NCBI RefSeq assembly: GCF_004324835.1 | Contig: NW_021163015.1 | Span: 3,016,323 to 3,080,322, forward strand | Length of the DNA: 64,000 nt | Origin: Dendronephthya gigantea | Taxonomy: Eukaryota | Direction: 5' to 3' | The notes under the pieces: model-generated | The model's input: only the letters and a program-made list of their open reading frames with translations | Told to the model about the DNA's origin: nothing | The model's database searches: none | Position numbers and translations under genes: made by a program | In this document: positions 23,459-35,219 of the stretch, in pieces | Layout: the number at the start of each line of letters is the position of its first letter | How positions within the stretch are numbered: the first letter of the stretch is position 1

Positions 23459-26400
23459 ATGGCCGCCAATATGGAGGATATAGCTTCAGGTGAAGAAGAC
23501 GACTTTCAAGCAGTAAAAAAGATAAAAATGGGTTCAATATTTGAAAATTACTCACATTCACAACGCATTAGAAACACTAAGGTGAAAAGAGGGCGTTCTT
23601 TGTCGTTGAAATCGACTCGAACTAAAAAGAATGCGTCCAGAAATACGACAATTTTTGAAAGGAGACCGCAAGATGTTACGTTAGATGACAAGAATCAGTT
23701 GATGTTCTGCCCGGTGTGTCAGCTGCCGGTTCATCTCCTAATTGGTCTTTCTCTTGACGGCCACGTTCAAGCGTGTGTAGCCAGTTTTTCAGAGTCTCTA
23801 GGTATTTAAATAGAACATTGTAGTTATCTCAGCAATCAGCCTATATGGTGGTTTAATAGCCGGTGATTAAGAGGGGAATAAATCAATTTCATCCAGAACA
23901 TGATCTTTCTTATTCCATTCCATAGTTAACTATGCCTTTTTCTCCTAGTTCCTTGTCCAAATGGTATAGATTGCAAGTCTATGGTACCTGAACATTTCAA
24001 ACAATTTTCTCACCAGCAGCTTGCCAGTTTGCGTAGTTCTACCATTCCTAAATGTCCCCAAGTTGCAAGCTCTCCCAGTGCAGAAGCAACTAGTACCAAG
24101 CATGATATACATTCCTGTGTAAAAGAATGTTCTCAGAATGCTATAAATACTGGTGAAGATACTTTTCCAATTGATAGATGTGAAATGGATACAGAAAGTA
24201 GTATCAAAAGTCACACCCAGTCGTCAGAGAAAGAGAATTTAGATGAGGTCATAAACCAATGGCTGAATGATGATTCAATTGATTATGAATCAAGTGGTAA
24301 CAATTCTGTACCAACAAAACAGGAATCTGCAAATATGTCAAATGCTACAAAGCATTTTACAAGTACAGAAACCAGTCCTGCTGCAAGCTCAAATACTGTT
24401 TTCACAAATAGTAATATGTCAAACACAGGAACAACTGTTACAGGATTAGGACCAAGTGCAGAAAAGGTCGTTTCCAATAGAATATCCACACAGAGCAAGT
24501 CACCAAGAACCACAAAACTAGATACAAGATGCAAGAAACAAATGGATATTGGCATTTATTTTGGGTTGAAACCAAAACAAAAAGTTACCGAAAATAAAAC
24601 TGAGGGTGCTTCAAACAATGTGTGTGATGTATTACAGCCGACTAATAAACAATTCATTGGTGGTGGAAAATCAACCTTGCAAAACAAGAAGTGCCCATTT
24701 TATAAGATAGTTGAAGGTAATTATGTATATATTGTATCTCACTAAGTTTAAATTTCATTTGTCAAAAAGATGAAGTCACATTCAGATTCTTAAAAGACCT
24801 TTGTGTCCTTGAAAGGTACGTCATTTGCAGTGGACGCATTTTCTTATGGGCATGTACCTGGAATATCTGCTTATTTCCTGAGTCATTTTCATTATGATCA
24901 TTATGGTGGATTAAAAAGATCATTTTCCAAACCAATCTATTGTAGCCAGGTACCACCACTCAAGATTTCAGTCATCACAAAATATTGTTTATTAAATGGG
25001 TTGTGAAAAAGATTATTTTTAATTTTGTTTAGGTGACAGCCAATTTGATTTCACTAAAGATTAAGGTAGCAGCAAAGTATATTCATCCACTTTCTATGAA
25101 TGCACCAACTATGATTGAAAATATAGAAGTCACATTACTGGAGGCAAACCAGTGAGTATTTCAGAATTATCATTTTGATATTTGCATGAAGTTCTGCAGA
25201 ACATGAGGTTTTTATAAGTGGAGATTGGTAAAAATTTGTAGTGGGAAAGTTTTTGTTCGATCTTTAGCTATTCCATATAAAGCCTTCTTCTCTTCTGAAT
25301 TATCTTTAGTTGTCCAGGTGCCGTGATGTTTATCTTTAGACTTCCCAATGGTGTGACGCACCTTCATACTGGTGAGTGAACTTAATTGACAATGTTTTGG
25401 CCATAAATCATAATCGTAGATTGCTAGCTATAAATTATTTCTTGCAGGCGACTTCCGAGCCTCTACAGCAATGCAGGAAATATCTACTCTCAAACAAGCC
25501 TCAATACATACCTTATACTTGGATACAACGTAAGATCAACAGAAATTTCATCTCGATCAGGTCTTTATTAGGATATGTTTGACCAGTCCTCATAGTGCTG
25601 TGTCTTAATTCATCATTACAGCTACTGTGATCCACATTATTCTTTCCCGCCACAATCAGAAACAATTGAATTCTGTGCGTCTGTTGCTGCGAAGGCAATA
25701 AAACGGAATGCCAAGACATTGATTGTTGTTGGAACATACACTATTGGCAAGGAAAAGATTTTTACAGGTATATATATTCCCTGTTTGTATTGAATATTGC
25801 ATTTGGAGAATGCTGATCAAACATTTTCTCATATTTTCCTTACTAAAAATAGCCGTGGCAAACATTCTTCAATGCAATGTGGCTGTTCAAAGAGAAAAAT
25901 ATAATGTACTGAAATGTTTGGAATCTGATCAACTGAAGAAGATTATTGTCCAGGATTACAAAAATGCGGAAATTCATGTTCTACCAATGGCTCACCTGAC
26001 CCATGAGGTAAGAAAGATATTTTAGACTCTCATCTGGTTCAGGACAAATGGAACTTTATATTACTCAATCATATTACTTTTGTATTTCTTTCCAGAAACT
26101 GATAAATCATCTCAAATCGAACAGTGCTAAATACACTGAACTGTTAGCACTAAAGCCAACTGGTTGGACATTTACTGGCAATCGGAATCAAGGAGGTGAA
26201 CTCAAAAGTATTAAACCATCAAAAAGAGGCCAAGTTACAATTTATGGTAAGCTGTGGATAAGCTATTGTTATATGCATTTTTCGTGCTTTCCACCTAAAT
26301 TGGATTAACTTTATGTCCACACTTTCTCCCTCAGGTGTTCCATACAGTGAGCATAGTAGTTTCAGTGAATTGAAAGAGTTTGTTCAGTTCATCAAACCTC

Positions 26401-26486
26401 AGAAGATAATTCCAACCGTGAATAATGGATCTGCCAAGAGAAGAGAAGAAATGACAGCATTTTTCAAGTCCTGGCTCAAAAATTAA
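23459..26486 (+). CDS. DCLRE1A: DNA cross-link repair 1A / SNM1A homolog: N-terminal UBZ-type zinc finger, long Ser/Thr-rich exon, then metallo-beta-lactamase and beta-CASP nuclease domains. 10 exons
   Basis: Exons 23459-23801 (contains [23 protein letters not shown], a CCHC UBZ-like finger), 23949-24716 (S/T-rich, ends CPFYKIVEG), 24816-24949 ([44 protein letters not shown], metallo-beta-lactamase HxHxDH motif), 25033-25151, 25310-25371 ([21 protein letters not shown]), 25448-25529 ([10 protein letters not shown]...TLYLDTT), 25622-25767 ([17 protein letters not shown]...[13 protein letters not shown]), 25853-26007, 26096-26246 (...[10 protein letters not shown]...VTIYG), 26335-26486 ([32 protein letters not shown]...*). 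The blocks are near-identical to human SNM1A as I recall it (YFLTHFHSDHYAGL; CPGAVMILFYLPNG..LHTGDFRAD; YLDTTYCSPEYTFPSQ; CGTYSIGKEKVF; FRPTGWT; [31 protein letters not shown]). Confidence 0.88.
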
Positions 26487-26886
26487 GTATTTTATTTAGA
26501 TGTGTTGAATGTGAAATATATCATTTATACATTTCACATACATCATATATTTTACAATGTGAAATATATTATTATTTTGTATAATCTTTATGTACAGTTT
26601 TTTATAGAAATGCAATTTTTTTATTTTTTCTTGAAATATACTCAAATACATTTGAAACCTAATACAACAATAACTCTATAAATAAGTTATATCTCTCATA
26701 TAGCCATTCCAGTTCAATTTATTTAACATTTTGCTATCAAACTATATATTTTAATCATACTTCTGCATACAGTTCTACACAATGATGTCCACTCTAAATA
26801 TCTTTCAACAGTATACAACCATTGGTCGATACACCTTACACATTCCTGGCAGAAATAATAATTCACTCTTAATGTACTATGATTAG

Positions 26887-26902
26887 ATATATATATATAT
26901 AT
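26887..26902. repeat. (AT)8 microsatellite in the AT-rich region 3' of DCLRE1A
   Basis: ATATATATATATATAT read directly from the sequence. Confidence 0.9.
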
Positions 26903-27269
26903 CTCTTTAAATAATTTGTCATTCTTTTATAATACGGTATACAATTAAATTTCCAAGAGAAGTCCATTAAATACTATGCAGCTAGTTTGTACTTGCTGGA
27001 GATTGTAGTACAACATTAGAGTTGGATTGAACAACTGCATGAGAATTAGACATCGCTTTTTCATCAGCATCATGAGCTCTAAAAAAACAGATGTATTGTT
27101 GGTTGACACTAATTTTAATTGTTTAATTTAGCCCTTAATTGTTCAAACCACCTACTGGTGCCACCCAGCTAGGGGTTAAGTAATCTGGTGATTGACAAGT
27201 CTGGTGAAAGAAATATCTGAACTTAAGCTGATTGAATGCATTTTGAGCTGTTGAACTTGAGTGACCATT

Positions 27270-28230
27270 TCACTTCACATACTTAAGCATGAGATCAACA
27301 CACTCGCATATCTGGAAGTATTCGTAATGTGTTAACTCCACAAGCGCCGGTTTCCACGTTGGTGTGAGATGAAGACAGGACCTTGCAGAAGCCACTGCGG
27401 CTGCTGTCACAACTGATGGTTTGAATGATAGAAATTTATGATCTAAAAACTCCAAGAATGTGATTGTTAGTTGTTTTTAGGTTAATAGTTAGGTGACATG
27501 GTGCTACAGTGAGATCGTAACCTTGCAGCTGGTGAAAGGAAGGGCGGTACCTTGTAATGATATTTCTAGGAAATAGTGAACATATTTTCTAACGTAGACT
27601 CTCGCTTTCGCGCAGTTATTCAGAGGCCGGCCTGAGTGATTGTCATCTGGTAAAACAGAATGAACAAGAAACATTTCAACGAAGCTTGCTGCAGTCGGGA
27701 GATCGACATTCCATGAGAAATGATCCAGTAAAATCAACTCCATCGCATGAAATTCTGATCTTTCAAATGAGTTATGTACGAAAGAGTTGAGCTGCTCGAT
27801 GGTAGGAATTCTATTCTCGGTTTCATCAAATTTTGCTTTAAAATAGAAGAATTAACACATGATTATCCTCAAAAGACAGGCAAATGAATAAACAGAATGA
27901 AATGGGAAGGAATTAACGAAAACTAGCAGAGCACATGGTTCGATTTTTCGCATTACCTGCTAACAGAAAGCAAGTGAGTGCAACCAGATGCAACTGTGGT
28001 TCGGGTATATCGTGATTGTCCATGAAATAATCCATGAGGCTGACGCTCAGATGCAAAATGCCATAAGATGATCCGACTTTCTCAAAGATTATCGCCAACC
28101 AGTCAACGAGATACCGCCGAACAGCGAGTTGTGGAGATGAAGCTTTGAATTTCGCCAAGGTGAGCTCCTTTACGCGAAGTACGGCTAGAATATCGTTTGC
28201 TAATTCGCCTTCCCACCATTCTTTTGCCAT
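27270..28230 (-). CDS. CCNJ: Cyclin J homolog with N- and C-terminal cyclin-box folds, at least 3 coding exons; the 3' end is uncertain
   Basis: Minus-strand exons 27957-28230 (MAKEWWEGELANDILAVLRVKELTLAKFKASSPQLAVRRYLVDWLAIIFEKV...LSVSLMDYFMDNHDIPEPQLHLVALTCFLLA), 27551-27835 (KFDETENRIPTIEQLNSF...MELILLDHFSWNVDLPTAASFVEMFL...YFLEISLQ), and about 27270-27445 (DHKFLSFKPSVVTAAAVASARSCLHLTPTWKPALVELTHYEYFQICECVDLMLKYVK*). Near-collinear with human cyclin J as I recall it ([50 protein letters not shown]...[24 protein letters not shown]...[26 protein letters not shown]...[32 protein letters not shown]..SPTWP). The ORF-track start at 28239 is GTG, so the true ATG is taken as 28230. An unannotated C-terminal exon is possible. 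Confidence 0.8.
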
Positions 28231-28820
28231 CTTTAACACCTCATAGGCAAGGTGAAGCTTGTCCGACGTTTGCAGGGACCATAAAAGAATGCAATCCCTT
28301 TGAAAAACAATATTTAAATACTTTAGTCAAAAATTAAAATCCCCGCCTTTTCTTCCCGCAGTTTCGAGTTTCGGGTTATGCCCATATATGGCAGCAGTCG
28401 GGGGGGGAGCGTTTGAGAAGGTTTGCAAAATGGCTGATTTTCTCGGAATTTTTTGCACATTTATCTAAGAAATAAAATGGCCAAATGGGTAACCATGGAT
28501 CGATGCCATTGCACCACCAATTGTGGAAATTTCTACCTTGCAATTTCGTATTTTATAGTTTTTAATAATTAATATCATACCTTTAAATATATATTTACTT
28601 CCGGCTTTGCGTGTCTTGCAAAATCATGACGCCTTTCACGACGAACGACGGCCTATTTGTTGTTAAAGTTCCTTTTATACGTAGTGTGACGTAAATGAAA
28701 ACATCAGATAACGAAAAAGGGAAATATTTGCATTATTTTGCAAGATAGTCTGACATATTGTTTCTGCAAGTTCGGTTGTTAGATTAAATTTGTACTTGAG
28801 TACACTTGTACAGTAGATAA
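28231..28820. promoter_or_regulatory. Putative bidirectional promoter, about 590 bp, between the divergent cyclin J (minus strand) and MVP (plus strand) start codons
   Basis: Head-to-head arrangement. The interval contains a C/G-rich tract (CAGCAGTCGGGGGGGGAGCG) and no ORFs. This is inference only. Confidence 0.35.
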
Positions 28821-31800
28821 ATGGAGAAAGTTGTACGAATTAGTCCATATTGTTATGTTCATATTCAAGATTTGGTAAGAAAGAATTGAATATCTGCATA
28901 AACAGAATATAATTTTAATTAGTTTTGGAGAAAAATTGTGGTGTTTGAGCACACAGTACATTAGAAGTCCATCTTTTATATATATTTTATGATGTTTACC
29001 AATCCTAGCATTAGTTGGTTCTCATGAAATGCTCATATTAAAAAAGTCTATAGATGCAATCATTAAGGCAATGCTGAGGCAAATCTGTTGTCAATTCCTT
29101 TTATATTATGTAGACAAGTAATATCACAGTCCTTGAAGTTGGACCAAGGACAATAATTCTTCAAGATAATCATAGACTTATTAAAGGACCATTACCATTT
29201 GTTGTCATTCCTCCTGGTCATTACTGTGAAATCAAAGATCCTGTCAAGTAAATGCATTAATAATAATGCTACAAAATTTGTGAAGCAGAGTGAGAGATAT
29301 ATCACATACCAGCAACTAAACATTTAGGTGTATATGTCGTTCATTTTCTTTTCATCTTAATGATATAGCATTTCCGTCCTTTAGGAAACCATGTTCTCCA
29401 GGACAGGAACATGATTTAAAGCATGGTTATGTTGAGATTCGTTTTTACGGGGTAAAGCACATGATGAAAAATTCCTGTTTGTTTATCATATGATTTATCT
29501 GACATTTTCCATTCACAGGAACCATTTCCACTTTATCCAGGAGAGTGTTTGGTTGGAGCAAGAAATGATGGTATGCGTCCAAATCATGTTATTAAATAAA
29601 ATCTTATTTAATCTTTTTCAACTTGTTTCATTTCTCAATGTTAACTAATGGTAGATTTCAAGGCTGCTGTCAAAAAGTTGCCATTTGTTCCCGAGCACAA
29701 AGCCATCAAACTTAAAGCAAATGTGGATTGTGATGTGAATGGTATTGAAAGAAAAGCTGGTGAAATGTGGCAAATTGAAGGACCAACGACCTACATACCT
29801 TCACCTGATGTTGTATGTAACCTACAATTAATGTCAAGATCAGTGAGAGCCAACTATGAGGCAAACTAATGAGTGTGGCATGGCCGTCCCTTACAACCGG
29901 ATTAGTTGAGATTGCAAGAGATTGCTGGTCTTTTTTAAGCTCTCAAGGCCATCGGATGCCCCCCATCCTCCTGTTCAGCTCTGCTCTCTCTGGCCTTGAT
30001 TAGTGTTCATTGTAATATCACTTCCCTTTTCATTTCTGTAAATACAAGATTGCCATATGTAGATAATGACTTCACATGCAGATAAAACTGAATGAATCTG
30101 TCCAGAATGCCTAAAATGGTACTTTCTGTTGCAGAAAACTATGGGTTTTCGTGATGCAATAGTCATAGGATATGGAGAAGCAATTCGCTTAAAGGCAAAG
30201 CAGGATTTAGTTGATAAAAGTAACAGGTATAAAAAAGAGATTCTTTGAGATAATTTAGTTGAGAGAAATACTAAAACTGCTTTGAAAACCTGCAATAGGA
30301 AGAGAGTTACTGGAGAGGAGTGGTTGGTCAGGAAGATTGGAGCCTATTTACCAGGTGTTTATGAGGAAGTAAGAGCGAAGTGATGGAAGTATTTTGCTGA
30401 ATTTAGAAGCATATGTTATAGTAAAAACGTCCTAAAATTTAGGTAGTCACAGTCGAAAGTGCTTACACTTTGAGGCATGATTCTGGGCTACATCTCAAGG
30501 CAACGAAAAACTGTGTTGATGCATTAGGCAAGAAAAGGTGAACGGCTCTTTTTGCTGCGTTTTTTATACACAGAAACTAGTTTTTCTATATTACGCTTAT
30601 TATGGTAAGCGTAAAAAGGCTGCATCTATCATTGATCGGGTCATATTGTTTAGGAGTATTGGTCAAGAGTGGTTGGTTACTGTAGACGACAGTGAGACAT
30701 ACATTCCCGAAGTTGGTGAAGTACGTAATGATATATATCAGCAGCTAATCTCCCTAATCCCTCCCTAATCCCTCACTTAACCAGGATTTACTAAGCTTAG
30801 GATTATCGTAATCGTAAAGGCTGTTGCCTATATTTGCGCTTCCACAAGTGTAATCCAATTTGAGAGGATTTTTTCGCGTTGATGCAAATCTGTAAATAAA
30901 TACGCAAATACGTCTATCCTGGAGGCTTTTTTTTTCGCTGTGTTTTCTTAGGAAGCAGTAGGTGGTGTCCGAAAGACAGTCTTAAGTAAGAATCAGTACT
31001 GTGTTGTTCTGGATCCTGTCGATAAAAATGGCGTGAATCAGCTCGGGTTGCGCCAGCTTCGTGTCGGAGTCTCGAGCTTTTTCTTACACCCTGGTGAGGT
31101 TCTTGAAGCTGGTATTCAGGAAGCTTATGTACTAAGTGATGATGAAGCTCTAGTACTCTCAGCTTTGGATTATTATGAAGATGATACTTCAGGTAATATA
31201 TATTTATAATTAATTGTCGATAGATTGCGGTCAAGACATCTTGAAGATACAATATATCCCATATGATTCATTGGAAGTGTAGAACTGTGAATTTTTCACT
31301 TTATTAAAAAAATTTTTGCCACAGAATGAATGATACAAAACATGTTGTCATTATATATAATTATGTCTGAAAAAATCTTTATAATTGAGTCAAAAATTTA
31401 CAATGTCAACAGTGGTCGTTTAGAGAACAAAGCTAGAGAAAATCTCACATTTTTATTTGCCATCAAATGCAAAACTATCGTGAGTAATGAAAAGAATTAT
31501 CTGGGCTTGTTTACTTTGAAAACTACTGGTAGACCGTCATCGCCTTGTTCACCGGTGAGAACCTCTAACACAGTGACGTCAAATGATGTCATAGCCTTGC
31601 CTGACCGCCTGCCATGCAGGCTAATGATGTCAATGTGGATTTTTTAACATCTTTTAGAAACCAAGAAAATTAGCAGAACGCCCGGAGATCGATGGATGAT
31701 TCATGGACCACGTGACTATATCCCACCAATCGAAGTCAAGGTTGAAACAAAAAGGTTTCGTTGATTTCGTCAACCCCTAGACATCGTATAATACGTACCA

Positions 31801-34800
31801 CAACAATCCTACAAAGTTATTTATATTCTTTTTTTTCTCTAGGAAAGCGATTGCTTTGTCAGAAAACAATGGCATTTATGTGCAAAATGTTCATACTGGC
31901 GAGGTTAGTTGCCCGACATTATGTGATACTGTGAATGGTTACAGAAAATAGTGGAAAAAATTAGCTCTCTTTATAAATGAATTTCCCAGGTGCGTGCGAT
32001 CCTTGGACCCCAGTCGTATTTACTAAAGGAATACGAAGAATTATGGTCTAAAGATCTTTCCACAGAGGTTGAAAAACTGTTGAGGTACTTATGCGGTCAT
32101 TATGAAAACTGTGGTAACGAATAATTTTTGTAACAAATTAATGTTTTTTTAGTCTAGGTGGTGGCTATGGTGATGGTACTGATATCAGAAAATTGGCGTA
32201 TTTTGAGTCAGCGATCAATCCTGATTATACCGATGGAAAAGTAAGAATAGTTGAACCTTTTTTGAAGCAGCATCCGTTAATATCGACAGCTCTTTTTAAC
32301 GAAAAGGAATCTTTTTGGGCGGCTACGATTTTTAGCCTAAAGACTAAAGTATTTATTCTGTTTCCTGCAGCGAGATAAGATGAAAGTTGTTACGTATAAA
32401 TGTCCAAAAGGAACCGCGGTTCAGGTCAGTTCAAACATTCATAATTTCATAATGATTATCATGCACAGGCTTGTGTTTCGCGCTGGAAAAATTCCTCCGG
32501 TTTGCTTATCAGTAGATGTAATATTTAAAAAACAGCTGGTGTTTCCTTCAAAGGTATACAACTATAAAGAAAACACCGCGCGGGTGATCTTTGGACCTGA
32601 TATGGTGAGTCTTTGTATCGTACAAACCAAATATACCAGACGTATTTGGTTAAAATATGATTATGCTAGTTTTTAATTCCCTTCAATAGTTCAAAGAAAC
32701 CTCGGGTCCCTTGTCTAAAAATGTTAACTGAGCACTTCTAAGAAATGCGTATATTGATAGCTATCTGTGATATTTTTCTCGTAATTTCAGGTTATTCTAG
32801 GACCACATGAGAATTTTAATGTCCTCAGTTTAAGTGGTGGGTGATTCATTCAGAATGAAAAAAGTATGACTAAAAATGGCAGAATCGTTTTCTAACTTCT
32901 CTTGTATTTTCAGCTGGAAAACCAAAGAAAGAAGGAGCATTGAAAAGCATATTGTTGATGCTTGGTCCTGATTTTATAACCGATATTATAGAGGTTAGTT
33001 CATCAACAAACTCCTCAGCGATCAGTTGGGTGTATTTCACCGTCAAACGAGTTCTCAAGTGTTGTGTATACGACCAGTGAATCTTTTGAAGATATGGATT
33101 ATACTGACTGCCATCAAGCGATTACGGCCACTTCTGTTTTAGAAACGGTTAATGCTATCGAGTTCAATATTCTGGAAAATTATAGATCTGTATTCCTGCC
33201 TAAGGTCTTTTCTTAAATCTCTGTATAGGTAGAGACGTCTGATCATGCGAGACTCCGGATAAAACTTGGTATGAACAATCATTTTGATGTAGATATGGAC
33301 GACCCGGAGTCCAGAAAGGCTATCTTCTCGATATCCGATTTTATTGGATATGCCTGCAGGAATGTTGGTACGGAAATCGCTAAAACTATTCACAATTTTT
33401 TTTCGTAAACATGAACATCTATTGAGGTTCTCCTTCTGTCTCTTTTAACATGCACCTTTGGCTTTGACACACAGCTTTATGATATGCTGATACAATTTTC
33501 ACTTTCACGGTTTAACCATACAGCCAGTCGAATCAGAGGCATGGTAGCCCAGACTCCATTTGACCAGTTTCATAGATATTCAAACAGTATCATACGAAAA
33601 GCTACCTTCGGTGTTGACAGCGATGGAGAAGTGAAGAAGATGTTAAAATTTGATGCAAATCAACTCGTATGTTTTTTACACATGTATTTCAAGCTAATCG
33701 TGAACTGACATCCAAGTTGAAATGGTATCGTACCAAATTTCACCCTCACTTCGTGCTTTTATGTTCTAGGTTATAACACAAATTGATGTCCAAAGCATCG
33801 AACCGGTGGATGAAAATATGAAAAATAGTTTAATGAAATCCGTGCAGATGGCCATCGAAATATCTACGATGTAAGTATCGTCTTTTGTATTGAATGCAGT
33901 TGGAGAAAAACTTTAGTCTTTACACCAGCGAGAGAAATTTAAAAATCCAGATTTCTATTACCGTTTTCAATGCTGTTATAAGGTGGTTCATTCATTCTAG
34001 GTCGACTGAAAAAGCAGCTGATCACGAAGCCAAACGCCAGGAACAAATCGCGAGAGGTTTGTTGGAAAGACAGAAGCTTTTGAATAAGAAAGAAGCGGAG
34101 GAGTCAAGGAAAACCTTGGCTGAGTTGAGAGCCATTACAGCCGCTGTTGAGTCTACCGGTCAGAGCAAAGCAGAAGCGCAGGTGAGTGTTTAATAAAGAC
34201 GAAGGAAGCCTGAATTGAGGCGTCCAATTTTTAAAAGGTGGCATTTATTGTATAACACAAACGACCGTCTTAAACTTTTAGGCAAAGGCAGACAAACTTC
34301 TGATACAAGGAGAGTCAGCCATTGAAGGTAGGGTAGTTGACTGTACCGAAATATACCACGATCGTTCCTGAACCGATTAGTCTTTTTGACGGATGTGATC
34401 TTACTGTATAAGTTTAAACGAGGCGTGGCTATTGGTTCATAGTCCGATAAAGATGTAGATATAGCTCTACTTTGTCAGGTCACATATGTCAGGAGCAGGA
34501 TTCGGTCCCTGAAATCTACGAAAGTTTCAAGCTTTTTTTTTAAATAAACGTACCAAACTTGTGTTTTAGTTGCCAAACTGAAAGCTGAAGCATCAGCGAT
34601 TGAATTTAAAGCAGAGTGTGATACGAAACAGAAGGTATTATACTTTGGGATGTCCTTGTTTGAATTGTATTCAGTTCACATGGTTTACTGGCCCTCTATG
34701 GCAAGATCTTCAGTCATTTCTGATTTGTATTGTAGAAACATGATAGAGAGATAGAATTTCAAAAAGAAAGAGATGAGATGGAAATTAGGAAGCAAGAATC

Positions 34801-35219
34801 ATTGGCAGCTATTGAAGTAAGTTATATCAAGATGCATTCTTTTCATTATGTTTCTGTTAGTGTCAATTACTCTGTTCCATATTCCACTTCAACACATGTT
34901 GTCTCTAAATGTTTCCAGTCCTCAAAGGTTGCATCAATCATCCAGGCGATAGGCCAGAAGACACTGGCGGAGATTGCTTCTGAGGGTCCTGAATGTCAGG
35001 TAGGTTAGGCTAAAAGTTAGGCCAAAAGTTAGGCCAAATAGACGTTAAAACAAAGAAAAAATTGGAAATTTTCCAGTTTGCTGTTATACCATGAATTACA
35101 ACAAACATGGTATTTTTTAGGCTCAGATGTTAAAAAGTCTTGGTATCCAGAATGTCTTAATCACAGATGGTTCAACTCCAATAAACATGTTGTCAAGACC
35201 TGATCAATGTCTGTATTGA
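28821..35219 (+). CDS. MVP: Major vault protein with N-terminal MVP repeats, SPFH-like shoulder and C-terminal coiled-coil cap helix, about 24 coding exons
   Basis: Translated exons are collinear with human MVP as I recall it: 28821-28874 [18 protein letters not shown] (human EFIIRIPPYHYIHVLDQ); 29114-29247 [44 protein letters not shown]; 29385-29451; 29519-29570 EPFPLYPGE; 29655-29812; 30135-30226; 30299-30368 [10 protein letters not shown]...; 30443-30537; 30654-30720 [22 protein letters not shown]; 30952-31192 ...[52 protein letters not shown]; later exons ...[11 protein letters not shown] / [23 protein letters not shown] / ..[14 protein letters not shown] / [17 protein letters not shown] / [15 protein letters not shown] / ...[27 protein letters not shown] / [30 protein letters not shown] / [32 protein letters not shown] / ...[39 protein letters not shown] / ... 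/ [32 protein letters not shown] (stop at 35217-35219). Coordinates are listed only for the first 10 exons. Confidence 0.88.
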
